From the NCBI GenBank assembly GCA_951406725.2, contig OX597838.1, positions 10,230,001-10,294,000 of the forward strand: a stretch of 64,000 bases of DNA, in the 5' to 3' direction. The translations under genes were made by a program, and so were the position numbers. This DNA is from Octopus vulgaris (taxonomy: Eukaryota). The stretch's first letter is position 1; each line of letters starts with the position of its first letter. This document shows positions 1 to 13,699 of this stretch, one piece after another. The notes below the pieces were generated by a model that was given only the letters and a program-made list of their open reading frames with translations, did no database searches and had not been told where the DNA came from.

Positions 1-34
1 CATCTCCGATTCCATAACTACCACCAACTATACC

Positions 35-264
35 TATTTCTTTATTACCCACAAGGGGCTAAACACAGAGGGGACAAACAAGGACAGACATAGGTATTAA
101 GTCGATTACATCGACCCCAGTGCGTAACTGGTACTTAATTTATCGACTCCGAAAGGATGAAAGGCAAAGTCGACCTCGGCGGAATTTGAACTCACAACGT
201 AACGCAGACGAGATACCGCTAAGCATTTCGCCCGGCGTGCTAACGTTTCTGCCAGCTCGCCGCT
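35..264 (-). mobile_element. tRNA-derived SINE family A, monomer
   Basis: Head ggcgagctggcagaaacgttagc, B box gagttcaaattcc, tail aataaagaaata; 12-bp TSD accaactatacc (23-34 / 265-276). Confidence 0.9.
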
Positions 265-274
265 ACCAACTATA

Positions 275-382
275 CCACCACCACCAACTATACCATCACC
301 ACCATCACCATCACCATCACCATCATCACCATCGCCACCACCACAACCATCACCGCCACTACTACCATCATCATCACCAACA
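275..382. repeat. (CAC/CAT)n microsatellite
   Basis: Seen directly; produces the spurious poly-His ORF. Confidence 0.95.
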
Positions 383-864
383 ACGCCACTTCCCTGGAAA
401 GAAAAGTTAAGTCTCTAAGCGATGTGGACGACTAATTCTTGGAGAGTATTATGGCTAAATTAAGACAGACTCGACCAGAAACTAAAAAGAAAAAAGTTAA
501 ACAGTTCTGTATCTAACTTTGATATTAGCTTCGTGCTATTCAGATATTATTTCTTGAGGTATTGGTTACAACTAATTGACCAAACAGTATATAAAACGTA
601 TAATTCTGCGAATATGATTGACTTCGAGGTTGTGTTTTCAAACGATATCTTATTAACACGACACTAACATGGAAACCGTACCAGCGACATCTTGAAAGAA
701 AAGAGAAAAACCCGTCTGGCGAATGTTTATTTCAGTAAATCGATACATCGATACAATGTAAACACGCTTATTTAATAACTTGGGGGTGGGGGGACAAGGG
801 AAATTCAAACTAAAATCAAATAAACTGAACAATACTATTGATTTTTTGATAATAATACAATACG

Positions 865-1130
865 AAGGCGGCGAGCTGGCGGAATCGTTACCGCGACGGA
901 CAAACGACAGAGCGGTGTTTCTTCCTGTTCTTTATGTCCTGTGTTCAAATACTGCTGAGGTCGATCATGCTTTTTCAGGGTCGATAATGCTTTTAAGCTT
1001 TTCGGGGTCGATAAAGCTTTTCAGCTTTCCGGGGGTCGATAAAATAAGTCCCAGTTGAGCACTGGAGTCGGTATCCCATCGACTTATCCCATCTTCCGAA
1101 ATAGCGGTCCATGGGCGAAAATTTGAAACT
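865..1130 (+). mobile_element. Diverged SINE family A copy
   Basis: Same head; local triplication of the ttttcggggtcgataa segment. Confidence 0.7.
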
Positions 1131-1136
1131 AATTCT

Positions 1137-1352
1137 CTTTCTCTCTTTTTTACTTGTTTCAGTCATTTGACTGCAGCCATGCTGGAGCACCGCCTTTAGT
1201 CGAGCAAATCGACCCCAGGACTTATTCTTTGTAATCCCAGTACTTATTCTATCGGTTCTCTTTTGCCGAACTGCTAAGTGACGGGGACGTAAACACACCA
1301 GCATCGGTTGTCAAGCAATGCTAGGGGGACAAACACAGACACACAAACATAT

Positions 1353-1387
<35 letters not shown>

Positions 1388-1559
1388 CATATATACGACA
1401 GGCTTCTTTCAGTTTCCGTCTACCAAATCCACTCACAAGGCATTGGTCGGCCCGGGGCTATAGCAAACGACGCTTGCCCAAGATGCCACGCAGTGGGACT
1501 GAACCCGGAACCATGTGGTTGGTAAGCAAGCTACTTACCACACAGCCACTCCTGCGCCT
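1137..1559 (-). mobile_element. tRNA-derived SINE family B (internal microsatellite)
   Basis: Head ggcgcaggagtggctgtgtggtaag, gggttcagtccc B box, internal (TA)(TG), tail cagtcaaatgactgaaacaagtaaaa. Confidence 0.92.
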
Positions 1560-1955
1560 AAACATTATAATATGAAACATCACCTTGATATGGTATAACA
1601 ACCCTTACCGTTTGTTTTTACTGTTTTGTTCTCACTGTCCTGTTTTTGTCGCCACTTTAACCCTCCGCAAATCCCAAATTTTATTTAATTTGCTTTGCGG
1701 GAAGGATTGTTTAAGCAAAGTAGCGTCTTGTCCCTACGTTCGAAACGCGGAGTAGATAAAACAGGGGACAACTGATGAAGGGAATTTTCTTTATGTTGTC
1801 TGTTTCGTTTCTCTATTTGTTTCTTTCGTTGTTCGAAAAAAAGTTCGTTTTCCATGTTCTTGTTTTTTTATGTTCTCGTTTCTCATTCTGTTCACGTTTT
1901 TTGACGTCCTGTCAAAATATATATGTGGGTATGTACATATATGTATATATGCATA

Positions 1956-2017
<62 letters not shown>

Positions 2018-2086
2018 CATTATATGATCGAACGCCACACATCCATTTGTAAGTATATATATATATAATTTATATCATTATATATC

Positions 2087-2128
<42 letters not shown>

Positions 2129-2699
2129 CTAAACAAAAAGGAAAGAACGTAAAATGATTTCCATGACTTGTGATTTGTCAATTTTTGTTAAAGCAAACAC
2201 GTGTTTGTCTTTTTTTTTTTCGTCCCCTTTAAGATATCTCGAAAATATACCTCTCTACCTATATTGCAGCCGAATTAGGTCAGCGAAAATACAATTATTT
2301 GGGTTTATCTAGGCTAAGCCCTGTCTTACCTTAGATGGCGTCGAATTTGGCAGGTTAGATAAATTGATTTTAAGTGCAAATTCCGAGAACAAGGTAAACA
2401 AACATGAAGACCAAAAAAAAAAAGGTTTCCATCCTTGGTTACTAATCCATTGTATCTACCCTGCACATCCAGCCATCTGTCTTATCTATCCACACATCCC
2501 TACACACATGTGAAACTACAAAGAAAGAAATCATATATTATTTACTATTTGCCACCTCAAAAAAAGGTTTCAGTAACGTTTATCTTGAAAAGCAGTAACC
2601 AAATCTCTTTAAACCACACCCTACAACCTACAAAGAGAAAATAAAATGAAATAGAGCAAGTTGAAAGGCAGTAATAGTAAATTGTAAGTAAATAGACAT

Positions 2700-3050
2700 T
2701 ATAAAACGCATTGTCACAACGGGCTTAAATTTCTGTGACGTCAAACTCTTGGTTTTTCCCGCCAGTTTCTTCATTTTCTTTCTTCCTCTCTTCTCTCTCT
2801 CTCCTCTCTCTGTATTTCCCCTCTCTTTCTCTCCTTGTCAGTCTCATGCATTTCATATTTTAAACATAAGATTTGACGCTTTTTTTCCTTTCGCTAATCC
2901 AATTGCGCCTTTCAAAATGGTTGCTTTTTGCACAGATTCCACCTACAGCTTTCCCAATGCATTATGGGAAAGAAACAAGAAAGATAGTCGTTGCTAGATC
3001 ATGAGTATGCTCGGTGCGGGATGACGTTGTATCAGTGAATTTACCTATTA
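2700..3050. promoter_or_regulatory. Candidate housekeeping-type promoter
   Basis: CRE TGACGTCA 2736-2743, CCAAT, AAAATGG, and ZNF143/Staf-like TTCCCATAATGCA on the minus strand at 2958-2970. Confidence 0.4.
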
Positions 3051-3129
3051 AAAATCACTGCCATATCTCTCTCTTTCGTGTATTATACATACATACATAC
3101 ATACATACATACATACATACATACATACA

Positions 3130-3158
<29 letters not shown>

Positions 3159-3160
<2 letters not shown>

Positions 3161-3778
3161 TCTCTATAATGAAATCGATCGGAAAGATAACTCCGAGGAC
3201 AAAGAAATAAGAACCTACAGTATGGTAGAAGCCAGAGTCACTCATAATAAAAAAGAATACTGGTGGAATATCCCAGTGAAGACCTCAATAAAATGTAAGC
3301 ACAACAGACCTGATATAATGATTTAGGATAGAGAAGAGAAACTATGTACAGTTGTGGAAATTAGCTGCCTAGCGGATGTCAACATAAAGCTGAAGATCAG
3401 TGAAAAAGAGAATACCTACGCTGGACTATTGAGAAATCTGCATTTACTCTATCCAGATTACAAGTTCAGGTTTATACCTGTAATTACTGGGGCCCTGCCT
3501 AAATACCAATCTTGAGAAATTAGGCTTCTCAAAACAAGAAAGGAGAAAGCTAATTCGAAGACTACAGATCCAATCCATCACTGGAACTGTAAAAATCTGT
3601 AAAACTTTCCAGAAGTTTATCATTTAAACATATATGAGCATGGCTAGATATGCAACTGTATGCATGAAAATACACATACAAAGCAAAGCATACAAATCTG
3701 CACTTATACATACATACATACATACATACATACAAAAATACCCTATTGTTGATGCTGAAATTCCAATGAAGGAACCTT
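3159..3778 (+). mobile_element. R4/Dong-clade non-LTR retrotransposon 3' remnant (restriction-like endonuclease)
   Basis: [46 protein letters not shown] with stop and frameshift; begins directly on (CATA)n. Confidence 0.8.
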
Positions 3779-3786
3779 CTTTTATG

Positions 3787-4470
3787 CTTTTGCTTGTTTC
3801 AGTCTTTTGACTGCAGGTCATGCTGGAGCACCGCCTTTTAGACGAACAAATTGACCCCAGGACTTATTCTTTGTAAGCCTAGTACTTATTCTATCGGACT
3901 CTTTTGCCGAACCGCTAAGTTACGGGGACGTAAACACACCAACAGCGATGATGAGTGAACGAACATAGACAGACACACACACACACACACACATATATAG
4001 GTGTAGGAGTGGCTGTGTGGTAAGTAGCTTGCTTACCAACCACATAGCTCCGGGTTCAGTCCCACTGCGTGGCATCTTGGGCAAGTGTCTTCTGCTATAG
4101 CCTCGGACCGACCAAAGCCTTGTGAGTGGATTTGGTAGACGGAAACTGAAAAAGAAGCCCGTCGTATATATGTATATATGTGTATGTGTGTGTGTGTGTG
4201 TGTTTGTCTCCCCAACATCGCTTGACAACCGATGCTTGTGTGTTTACGTCCCCGTAACTTAGCGGTTCGGCAAAAGAGAGACCGATAGAATAAGTACTAG
4301 GCTTACAAAGAATAAGTCGTGGGGTCGATTTGCTCGACTAAAAGGCGGTGCTCCAGCATGGCCACAGTCACATGACTGAAACAAGTAAAAGTGTATATAT
4401 ATATATATATTTTTTTTTTTGTACTTGTTTCAGTCATTTGACTGCGGCCATGCTGGAGCACCACCTTTAG
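3787..4470. mobile_element. Family B cluster: 3' half (-), full copy 3999-4392 (+), tail fragment (-)
   Basis: Matches to the family B sequence in alternating orientation. Confidence 0.88.
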
Positions 4471-4471
4471 A

Positions 4472-4634
4472 GTGGTGAAAGAGTACAGCAGGGATCACCA
4501 CCTCCTGCCGGAGCCTCGTGGAGCTCTTAGGTGTTTTTTTCGCTCAATAAACACACACAACGCCCGGTCTGGGAATCGAAACCGCGATCCTCCGACCGCA
4601 AGTCCGCTGCCCTAACCACTAGGCCATTGCGCCT
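4472..4634 (-). mobile_element. SINE family C 5' fragment
   Basis: Head matches the 45874 copy. Confidence 0.85.
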
Positions 4635-4663
4635 ATGTATGTATATAAATATATATAGTGTTT

Positions 4664-5247
4664 ACGGGATCACCAGTTGTTGTGTTTGTATGTATCTACT
4701 GTTGAAGTGAAGGTGTAAGTTCTTACGTTGGAAGGACCAAATGGAGAATGTAGGAGAGTACAGAATAATATTTACAGATTTATTTACCCGCATTTCTTTT
4801 TCCCCGTAAGACAGCAGTAATTGTACATAGTTAACACTGACGAAACTTCGCCCGTTGGTTGCTAGTCGGTTGTGTAGAAATTGCGTTCTGCTGGTAGAGA
4901 GAAGAAGAAGAATAAGGGCTGCACTCTACTGACGGAGAGGAAGAAAGGGTATAGGTGGCCTTGTCCCTTTTAGATTCCAGCCGTAAGCTGCTCTCCGAAT
5001 GGCGACTGAAGGACGAAGAGAGTGGAGAAAGAAATACCTTGTTATATAGTCTATGGCCAGGATGTAGGTCAAATACTAAACAAAAGACTGGCCCTTCAGT
5101 GAATAGTATACGGTTTTCGGTCAAGTGTTTCCCATTAATTACCCGGTGTGGAGATGCAAACACAAAGGAATTTCAGACTTGTTTGACAAGCAGCAAGCGA
5201 GTGGATTCGGTTTCGAATCTCAGGCGGAGTCAAGCGACGTTCCTACA
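4664..5247 (-). mobile_element. Related LTR (TG..CA, 4678-5247) with PBS remnant
   Basis: Shares gttatatag.ctatgg.cag..tgtaggtcaa with the 37124 and 38157 copies; TGGTGATCCCG follows the LTR. Confidence 0.72.
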
Positions 5248-5377
5248 TGTGTGTGTGTACATATATATATATAAATTAAATTAGAGATAAAACCACTATT
5301 ATATTTATACTGTGAAATTTGATTTAATCCTAAATCTAATTTTTCCCTGTAAGTTTGGATATAATCCCTAATATTAT

Positions 5378-5622
<245 letters not shown>

Positions 5623-5686
5623 TACTCTACCACTGGTATTTGAGTACTCTTTTTTCCACCTTGTTTCACATTTATGTGTTTACTTC

Positions 5687-5749
<63 letters not shown>

Positions 5750-6028
5750 ATGTCGGCAGATGGAAAGCTCTTGGCCAGGTCTAAGTGGATACAAAAACGC
5801 AGTTTGTAACCTTAAAATAAGCATTCTGTTTTCACGAGCTGGTACTTACTTATGAATCCTACTTTAACCTTCTGCTTGCAACTGTGGCGTCTATGGCTGT
5901 GAGCTAACGTTGCGAGACACCGTGAGTCAGCATTGTATTTCAGGCACGTAAATTTGAGCATAAACTCTAAATTGTAAGCAGTTCCAAAACAACAATGATA
6001 CAATTGTATAAGATAATAACAGAAAAAC

Positions 6029-6091
<63 letters not shown>

Positions 6092-6446
6092 AAAGGATAA
6101 GAAACTTTTTTTAAAAAAATAGAAAAGAACGTAAAATAATTTTCATGACTTGTCACTTGTTAATTTTTGTTGAAACAGACGCAGGTGTTTGTCCTTTTAT
6201 ATCTTTTTTTCTTTTTCTTCTTTCTTTTTGTTTTGTTTAATATCCTAACTCCTAGCTGTTTCACAACTCTTTCATAACTGCGCTCTCTTCAGCGAGTGAA
6301 CTCTTAGCTACTAAAATCCTCTTCAATTTTTCTCTCTGAAAATGGAATAGTCCGCAACTGCATCGATAGCTTATCTTCCTTCGCTGAGAAATACACCATA
6401 TGCACATCTGTCCTGGAAACAGCTGTAAGGGAATATTTGGACATCT

Positions 6447-6851
6447 TACTCTTTACTCTCTCTTTTACTTGTTTCAGTCATTTGACTGCGGCCATGCTGG
6501 AGCACCGCCTTTAGTCAAGCAAATCTACCCCGGGACTTATTCTTTGTAAGCCCAGTACTTATTCTATCGGTCTCTCTTTTGCCGAACCGCTAAGTGACGG
6601 GGACGTAAACACACCAGCATCGGTTGTCAAGTAATGCTAGGGGGACAAACACAGACACACAAACCTATACACACACACATATATATATACATATATACGA
6701 CAGGCTTCTTTCAGTTTCCGTCTACCAAATCCACTCACAAGGCATTGGTCGGCCCGGGGCTATAGCAGAAGACACTTGCCCAAGATGCCACGCAGTGGGA
6801 CTGAACCCGGAACCAAGTGGTTGGTTAGCAAGCTACTTACCACACAGCCAC
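6447..6851 (-). mobile_element. SINE family B
   Basis: Near-identical to 1137-1559. Confidence 0.92.
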
Positions 6852-7756
6852 TATTTCTTACAATACACTATATTCCAATGACTGTATTGTAACAACTCAG
6901 CAATCATGTTAAATTAGTCATAAAATTTGATTATAAATCTTATTTTTAATTGTGAATTCCATCTTTTATATCTTCTATGATTGCTGTAGTATCCAGTATC
7001 TTTTTTTTCTCTGGAGGTAAGTAACGTGTCTATTGTTGAACATTAACTTCACCACTGATCATTAAAATCATTTAGACTGGTACAATGAATAGAAAATGAA
7101 CAGCTAATGGAACGATAAACGTAGGAGATATGCTGAAACCAGAAGCTACATTTGGGTTTAATATCTTTAATTTAGTAACAATTTCATCTTTACAAAAAGG
7201 AAAATTTTGAAAACTTGTTTGAATACAAAGTTCCACTAGAAATTTCAAGCAATCAGTTTAAAATTTTGTAGCACTAATTTGATCATCAAAAGGTTAACTA
7301 ATTAAATGTGTTGTTGCCTTCACTCCACAGTAACACAGCATTAGTGCTTTTGTAATTACTTTAATTGCTGGGAGAGAAGGGTGGGGTGAAATTCCTGATA
7401 ATTTAATGCCTTTCTATAATTCATCTTTAATAAAGAAACTCTCGAGATTTTGTATTCTAGTGATATTATTAAATGTAGACGATGTAATCTTAATTAGATA
7501 GTGTAACCTTAATTGGAATTCACCATTCAATGAGTCCATTTTCTATAGTGCCGACTGAAGGAAATATAGTACTGGTTTGATTCCGTAATTGCTTAATAGC
7601 ATATGAATTCTCCTGCTGCCATCGGTAGCATCACTTCGGAAATAAAAGTAAAGCATCCAATTGTTGTAATATCATTCTAACTATTATTTCTCAAGAAAGA
7701 CACTTTGTAAGTGCAAGTTGTACTATTTGGTGAAAAGTTGTCGAAACAGCTTCAGT

Positions 7757-7913
7757 AAGGCTGTGTGGTAAGAAGCTTGCTTCCCAACCACATGGTTCCA
7801 GGTTCAGTCCCACAGTGTGGGACCTGGGGCAAGTGGCTTCTGCTTATAGTCTCGAGCCGACCAAAGCCTTGTGAGTGGATTTCGTATACAGAAACCGAAA
7901 GAAGCCCGTCGTA

Positions 7914-7964
<51 letters not shown>

Positions 7965-8192
7965 GTGTGTGCGTGTGCGCACGCGTGTTTGTGTCTGTGT
8001 TTGTCTCCTCAACATCGCTTGACAACCGGTGTTGGTGTGTTTACGTCCCTGTAACCTAGCGGTTTGGCAAAAGAAACCGATAAAATAAGTACTAGGCTTC
8101 AAAAAAAAAAAAGTTCTGTGTCGATTTGTTCGACTAAAACGCTTCAAGACGGTGCCCCAGCATGGTCGCAGTCAAATGACTAAAGCAAGATA
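7757..8192 (+). mobile_element. SINE family B (older)
   Basis: Family B head, (TG)n core and tail. Confidence 0.88.
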
Positions 8193-8655
8193 AATGTGAA
8201 TGTCCATTATCTCTTGATGCTGCGAAGAAAGAAGTAAGGTGTTAAATCTTTTACGAAAGCTTTTTTAAAATGTGCGCAATACACTGACTGTGTGACCACC
8301 ACAACGAGAGTAAGTAAAAAAAAAAAAAAACAGCATGGCCACAGTCAAATGACTGAAACATGTAAAAGAGTAAAAGAGAACCCTTTTAAAACGGTTGACG
8401 TAAATTTACGCACGTAACGTACATGCTTTAAATCGCGATTACCGTTGCCGCGCGCAGGCAACCAAATGATTCCCCGCCATAAACTGGTTAAGGATGGTTC
8501 TTGAGAGAATTAGGGTGGAATTATTTGCCATTTGTTTTGCTGTATGTGTGTGTGTGTGTGTGTGTCTGTGCATTCGTACGTGTTTGGGGGAGTATTTTCA
8601 AAGTACTTTTCTTTCTATCTTTTTTCTATTGAGATATGGTCAGGAGTTCTGACCA

Positions 8656-8714
<59 letters not shown>

Positions 8715-8928
8715 TGTTTTGTATGTGTGAGTGTGTATATGAGTGTGTGTATGTGTGTATGTGTGTATATATGCTTGTATATTGTTTTCGTCTTTTGGAA
8801 AATCTATTTATATAAAAGAGAGTTTCTGCCCGTTTGTTTGACCCACAAAACATAATTGACACACCATCTTATTTATAAGCATGGGCGTTTTGTCCACTTT
8901 CACACTTTAACTTTGGTGATGGTGTGAC

Positions 8929-8959
<31 letters not shown>

Positions 8960-10722
8960 ATATTCATTCATGTTTCAGACAGACCTATTTTTCTAACTTT
9001 TCCGTTCAGATATAATTATACAAATTTCTTTCACATAAGCAGAGACAATCTGACAGTGAAGCCATACGCCCACAGACACAAATTCACGGCGAAACGAAAA
9101 TTATGGACACAACATTCTAAAATTCGGTGAGGTCATTCTCGCACAGTTTGCAATGTGACTACTTAGGGAAATCTTCCTTGTGCTCTCGTCTCGGATCTGT
9201 TGGTGGTGTATAGTTATTCTTTTTCGTAATGGAACGCCCGTCTGTCCTATGTAGTTTTGTTAGCATCCACCGCATGCTATTGCGTAAATTAGGTTTTCGG
9301 TGTTACAGGTGAAGATTCCTTTTATTTTAAAGGTTTGTCCATCTTTAAATTTGAATGCCCCATGGTATATGTTCCCACTCTTGGTGTTCTGAGTTCAAAT
9401 CCCATCAACGTCAACTTTGTCTTTCATCCTTTCGGAATCGATAGTCCAGTTCCCATCGAGGATGGTGAATTAACGAAAGGGTAGTAACATTGGAGCTGAT
9501 ATTTTGCGGTATTTGTTCCGGCTCTTTGAGTTCGTTTCTACTGGTGCTCAAATCCTGTCCGTGACCTACTTGGGTAACAGAATTAATTTTTCATTACGTT
9601 TAATGCCGCTAGCTGACGCCCGTGGAGGCTTTACCGGAGCCTATTCGCTCACTCTCTCACAAGTGTTCTGGATCGGGTCTCTCTAGTTTGAAGAACCCTC
9701 CTTCCCTCTCACTCACTCCTTCTCTCCCTCCCTCTCCCCTTTCCTCCCACTTGTCATGGAGACCATGTGAAAGATCATGAGCACTGGCTCCTCTTCAGAT
9801 TAAAGGAGAAAGAGAAAGCTGCTTAATGCCTTACGGTCGCCTTTTACTCACATACAATAAAAGAAAAAAAAATACAGAAAAAATAGAAAGAGTGTGATGA
9901 AAAGGAGTTGTGAGATTTTGAAATTTTAGTTGGGAAGATGTCAGAAATTTAAGATCTCCTCATGGTTCGGGTACCGAAAACTTATTTCGGCTGAAGCCCG
10001 CGTCTTATTTGTTCAAGCACCTTATTTATGAATCACATGAGAATTTTCTAGAAACGTAGCTGCAACATGTGATGTTCGTTACCTGTAACAAGTCACGTAA
10101 TTGTACATTTTATGTGTATGTATTGTGTATGAGTTTATTCGAATGCATTAAGAACGGCAATGACGAATATCTATTGTTAATAGGTGTGTTATGCTTGAAT
10201 GCTATTTCATTACCTTTAAGGTGTGTCCAACTAACATTATGATGCGCTTACTCATAATTCTAAAAGAAGCCACGCACAAAAGAAACCTGTTACTGTTTTC
10301 AAATTGTATATCGTATTACGCATTTTAGGTTCATTGATTTTACAGGTCAAGGCATTTTAGTTTTTTTCGTAGGATGGAAAATTACGTTTTCTATTATAAG
10401 ATTCACCTGTTTGTTATTGCATTGAAAGTATTCAAAAGCTGAAGTTTGTATTGCGCTTTCTTTCTATCCTCCCACAGTGCAATTCGTCGCAGGTTTCTTT
10501 TTCTTTTGCATTGAAAATATGCAGCATAGTTTACAAGTCATACCTATCTGTGCTATTTCTGCGCCTTATACGTGTAAGTGGCGAGATTTGGGTTGCGTAA
10601 TATATATCTGTACCTTTTAAAAACTTTCCCAAAATTACTGACCTTATTATACCTAAATCAGAAACAATTACTGCTGCTCTTGTTATTATTATTGTTGCCC
10701 GAGCTGGACTGCCTTCAATTTT

Positions 10723-10900
10723 ATTGATTGATTGATTGATTCTAGTTTCAGCTCACGAGCTGTGGCCATGCTGGGGCACCGCCAGTTGGTGTTGCTACAT
10801 GGTTTTACTTCACGAATGCTTTTTAGCAACTGCCATTTGGTGCATGAGAGAGTTCGATGCGGCTGCCCTCATCTGCACCTCCTGCCGTGAAGTTGGTTCA
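10723..10900 (-). mobile_element. CR1-group LINE 3' end
   Basis: Minus strand EPTSRQEVQMRAAASNSLMHQ..stop, 3' UTR ggcggtgccccagcatggccacag, (ATCA)n tail. Confidence 0.68.
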
Positions 10901-11143
10901 TTTATTTATTTTTCTGAATATTTTTCTATACCTTTTGCTGTATCCTTATTTCTGTTTCCTTTTTGATCGATGTAAACCCAACATTTTTGTGTGTTGACTT
11001 TCGTTTTTTGATGCCCTAAACGTTTTGGCCCATATGGCCATTAAAGAAATAATAATAATAATAACAACTTACAATCTAGGTATATTGCAAAAATTGGCAT
11101 TACCTGAACTGCATGCATATTGCGTAAAGAACTATCTGTCTGA

Positions 11144-11211
<68 letters not shown>

Positions 11212-11288
11212 TTGTATATATTCTTGTGTATGTGTATTTTGTTTCATATTTATATTTGCATTTTATATTTTCATAATTGTACTTTATA

Positions 11289-11414
11289 ATCTCTGACGAG
11301 GCCTTGAGATATATATATAAGTAACACATTTTTAACTGCATATTATCTCAATACATCTGACTAATATAGGCACAATGAGACACCTTTATCTACAGGCTGA
11401 AACAGCTGTAAGAT
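11289..11414 (+). ncRNA. Type-I hammerhead ribozyme motif, intact core, long stem-II loop
   Basis: atct-CTGACGA-ggcct..(~90 nt)..aggct-GAAAC-agct-GTA-agat; stems I and II pair, stem III is palindromic (ACAGCTGT). Confidence 0.72.
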
Positions 11415-11752
11415 CCATTTTATATGTAATATTTTTATGGTATTATCTTACATATTGATGTATATTGTTTTATCCTGTTGGATTTGGATGTTCCTATTTA
11501 ATTAGTTAATAAATTATATGAATTGGTATTATCTAGTAGTTGATGATTGAAAGGAATCTGTTCCTCCATTTTCTTATTTGTTTTATGATTTTGAGGTAAA
11601 ACATTTTACCTTCGCCCATCTAATACAATAAATGAACTAATTGCAATTGTAAGCATTTATGTATTAGCCTTTTGGGTACTTCACTGGCAGTATATTGGAT
11701 AACTGATATCCCATAGTGGGTTACACTCATAACCCCTATCTCACTTTGTACT

Positions 11753-11826
<74 letters not shown>

Positions 11827-12253
11827 TGTGTGTGTGTGTCTGTCTGTCTGTCTGTCTGTATGTATGTATGTATGTATGTATGTATGTATGTATGTATTAT
11901 GTATGTATGTATATACACACAAACACGCACACACACATTGGTTTTCGAGTTTGATGCAGTCCTGTGAAAGTTGACAGGGATGGGGGAAGCAATCGCGTGA
12001 AAATAGTGTCAAATAGGTCGAGGCTAAGTAGAAATGGGATGGGCACGCTAGTATGGATAAATATGTCCGTGCATGTTTGTTTACATCGCCTCTCACCTCT
12101 TCTGTTTCCTCCACAATCTCAAGCACCACACTCCACATTCAACGATAGGATCGGTTTCTGCTTAACCCTTGTCAACTGCGCAATATTCTCTTTGTGTACA
12201 ATGTGACTTCGAATATAAGGTGATCCTAACATTCTATACCTAAAATGCAGTAA

Positions 12254-12649
12254 TCTTTATATATAAAAGTGAGGTTGTGTGCTGTCTGTCTCCTACGATT
12301 TAGATTCCTAACTACTCCCACATTTTGCGGTGCAGTTTAACCAAAACCGGATATCTTATAGTCGTGATTCATATCGAGCCCTTCTGGGTATTAGCGCGCG
12401 TCTACGATGAGTCTACGATTTTAAAAAGAATTTACCATCAATTTTTCCCATTTTTAATGCATTTTTGGCATATATAAGGGAAGTAACTCTCTAAAAATTT
12501 ATTATTAAATCTCAGAACGTAAAAAGCTACAGTAACACCCCCCCTTTGTGGTTAGCCATATTGAGATGGCTATTATACTTTACATCTCTAAAAATGCTTA
12601 TATAGTTATTTCCCTTTCAAACCCGAGCAACGCCGGGCGATACTGCTAG
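12254..12649 (+). mobile_element. Non-autonomous Helitron
   Basis: 5' TC, subterminal hairpin cccg(agcaacgc)cggg, 3' CTAG, inserted at A|T, no TSD. Confidence 0.88.
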
Positions 12650-12774
12650 TAAATTTATAATTCATTCACAAGGATTTCATAATCGTAAATAAAACCATCC
12701 TGTTTATGGCGGTCACCTGTTCTTTGTTTTTCGCCCTCACTTTTTGTTTCCTTTTTTTCCTATTGCTTTCTTAT

Positions 12775-13187
12775 CTTTTATCTTTTACTTCTTTCAGCCA
12801 TTAGACTGCTGCCATGCTGGGGCACCGCCTTGAAGAATTTTTGACCTCACTAATTATCTATTTTTTTAAAGTCTGGTACTTATTCTATCGGTATCTTTTG
12901 CTGAACAGCGAAGTTACGGAGACGTAAACAAACAAGCACCGGTTGTCATGCGATGGTGAGGAACAAACACATACACAAAGGTGCGCGCACGCACGCACAC
13001 ACACACATACATACACACACACATACATACATATATACATACACACACACACACATACATACATACATACATACATACATACATACATACATACATACAC
13101 ACAGACATACACACATACATACACACACACATACATATATACATACATACAGACAGACAGACACACACACATACAGACAGACAGACA

Positions 13188-13243
<56 letters not shown>

Positions 13244-13292
13244 TACGTACGTACGTGCGTACGTACATACATACATACATACATACATACAT
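12775..13292 (-). mobile_element. SINE family B 3' half with expanded compound microsatellite
   Basis: Tail plus (CA)/(CATA)/(CAGA)/(GCGT)n array at the internal repeat position. Confidence 0.8.
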
Positions 13293-13699
13293 AATATAAA
13301 GGATTCTGGAGAGAATCGGGTACTTAAATGGTGTGCACTAGGTTAGGTTGATTTAACCTTTAGTCGGATCCATATACTGGATACTGAAGCAATCCAGTGA
13401 GATATTTTGGCCCTGCATACAGAGAAAATCCACTGCGGTGAGTATTTAGCTCCTTGGGATTGGTCGAAATCTCGCGTTGTTTGGTATACTCTAGGAAGTT
13501 AGACGGGTAAGAAAACAGAACCATCAAAGGGCTGGAAGTGTATTCGGAATTTAGTTAGTGGGTAGGAAGAGACAAGATTTAGGGCCACATGCCTGTGGTT
13601 CGTTATCAACGACTAAAGATGAAGTGTACGGAATAATATGTATTTTTTTATGTGTTTTACTGATATTCGTTTTATCACCCCGGGGTTAGAGACATGAAT

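Noticed and set aside
120-410. Poly-His ORF
   Set aside because: Antisense SINE A read into a (CAC/CAT)n microsatellite.
1690-1790. CGAAACG followed by CTGATGA
   Set aside because: Order and pairing do not give a consistent hammerhead; probably a decayed repeat remnant.
6247-6433. Two hammerhead-like remnants (GAAACAGCTGTA on plus; CTGAAGA..GAAAC on minus)
   Set aside because: Core or stem II too decayed to support a call, though possibly related to the 11289 motif.
8390-8475. CpG-rich patch with gttgcc-N7-ggcaac (RFX X-box-like)
   Set aside because: Spacer too long for an X-box and no linked gene identifiable.
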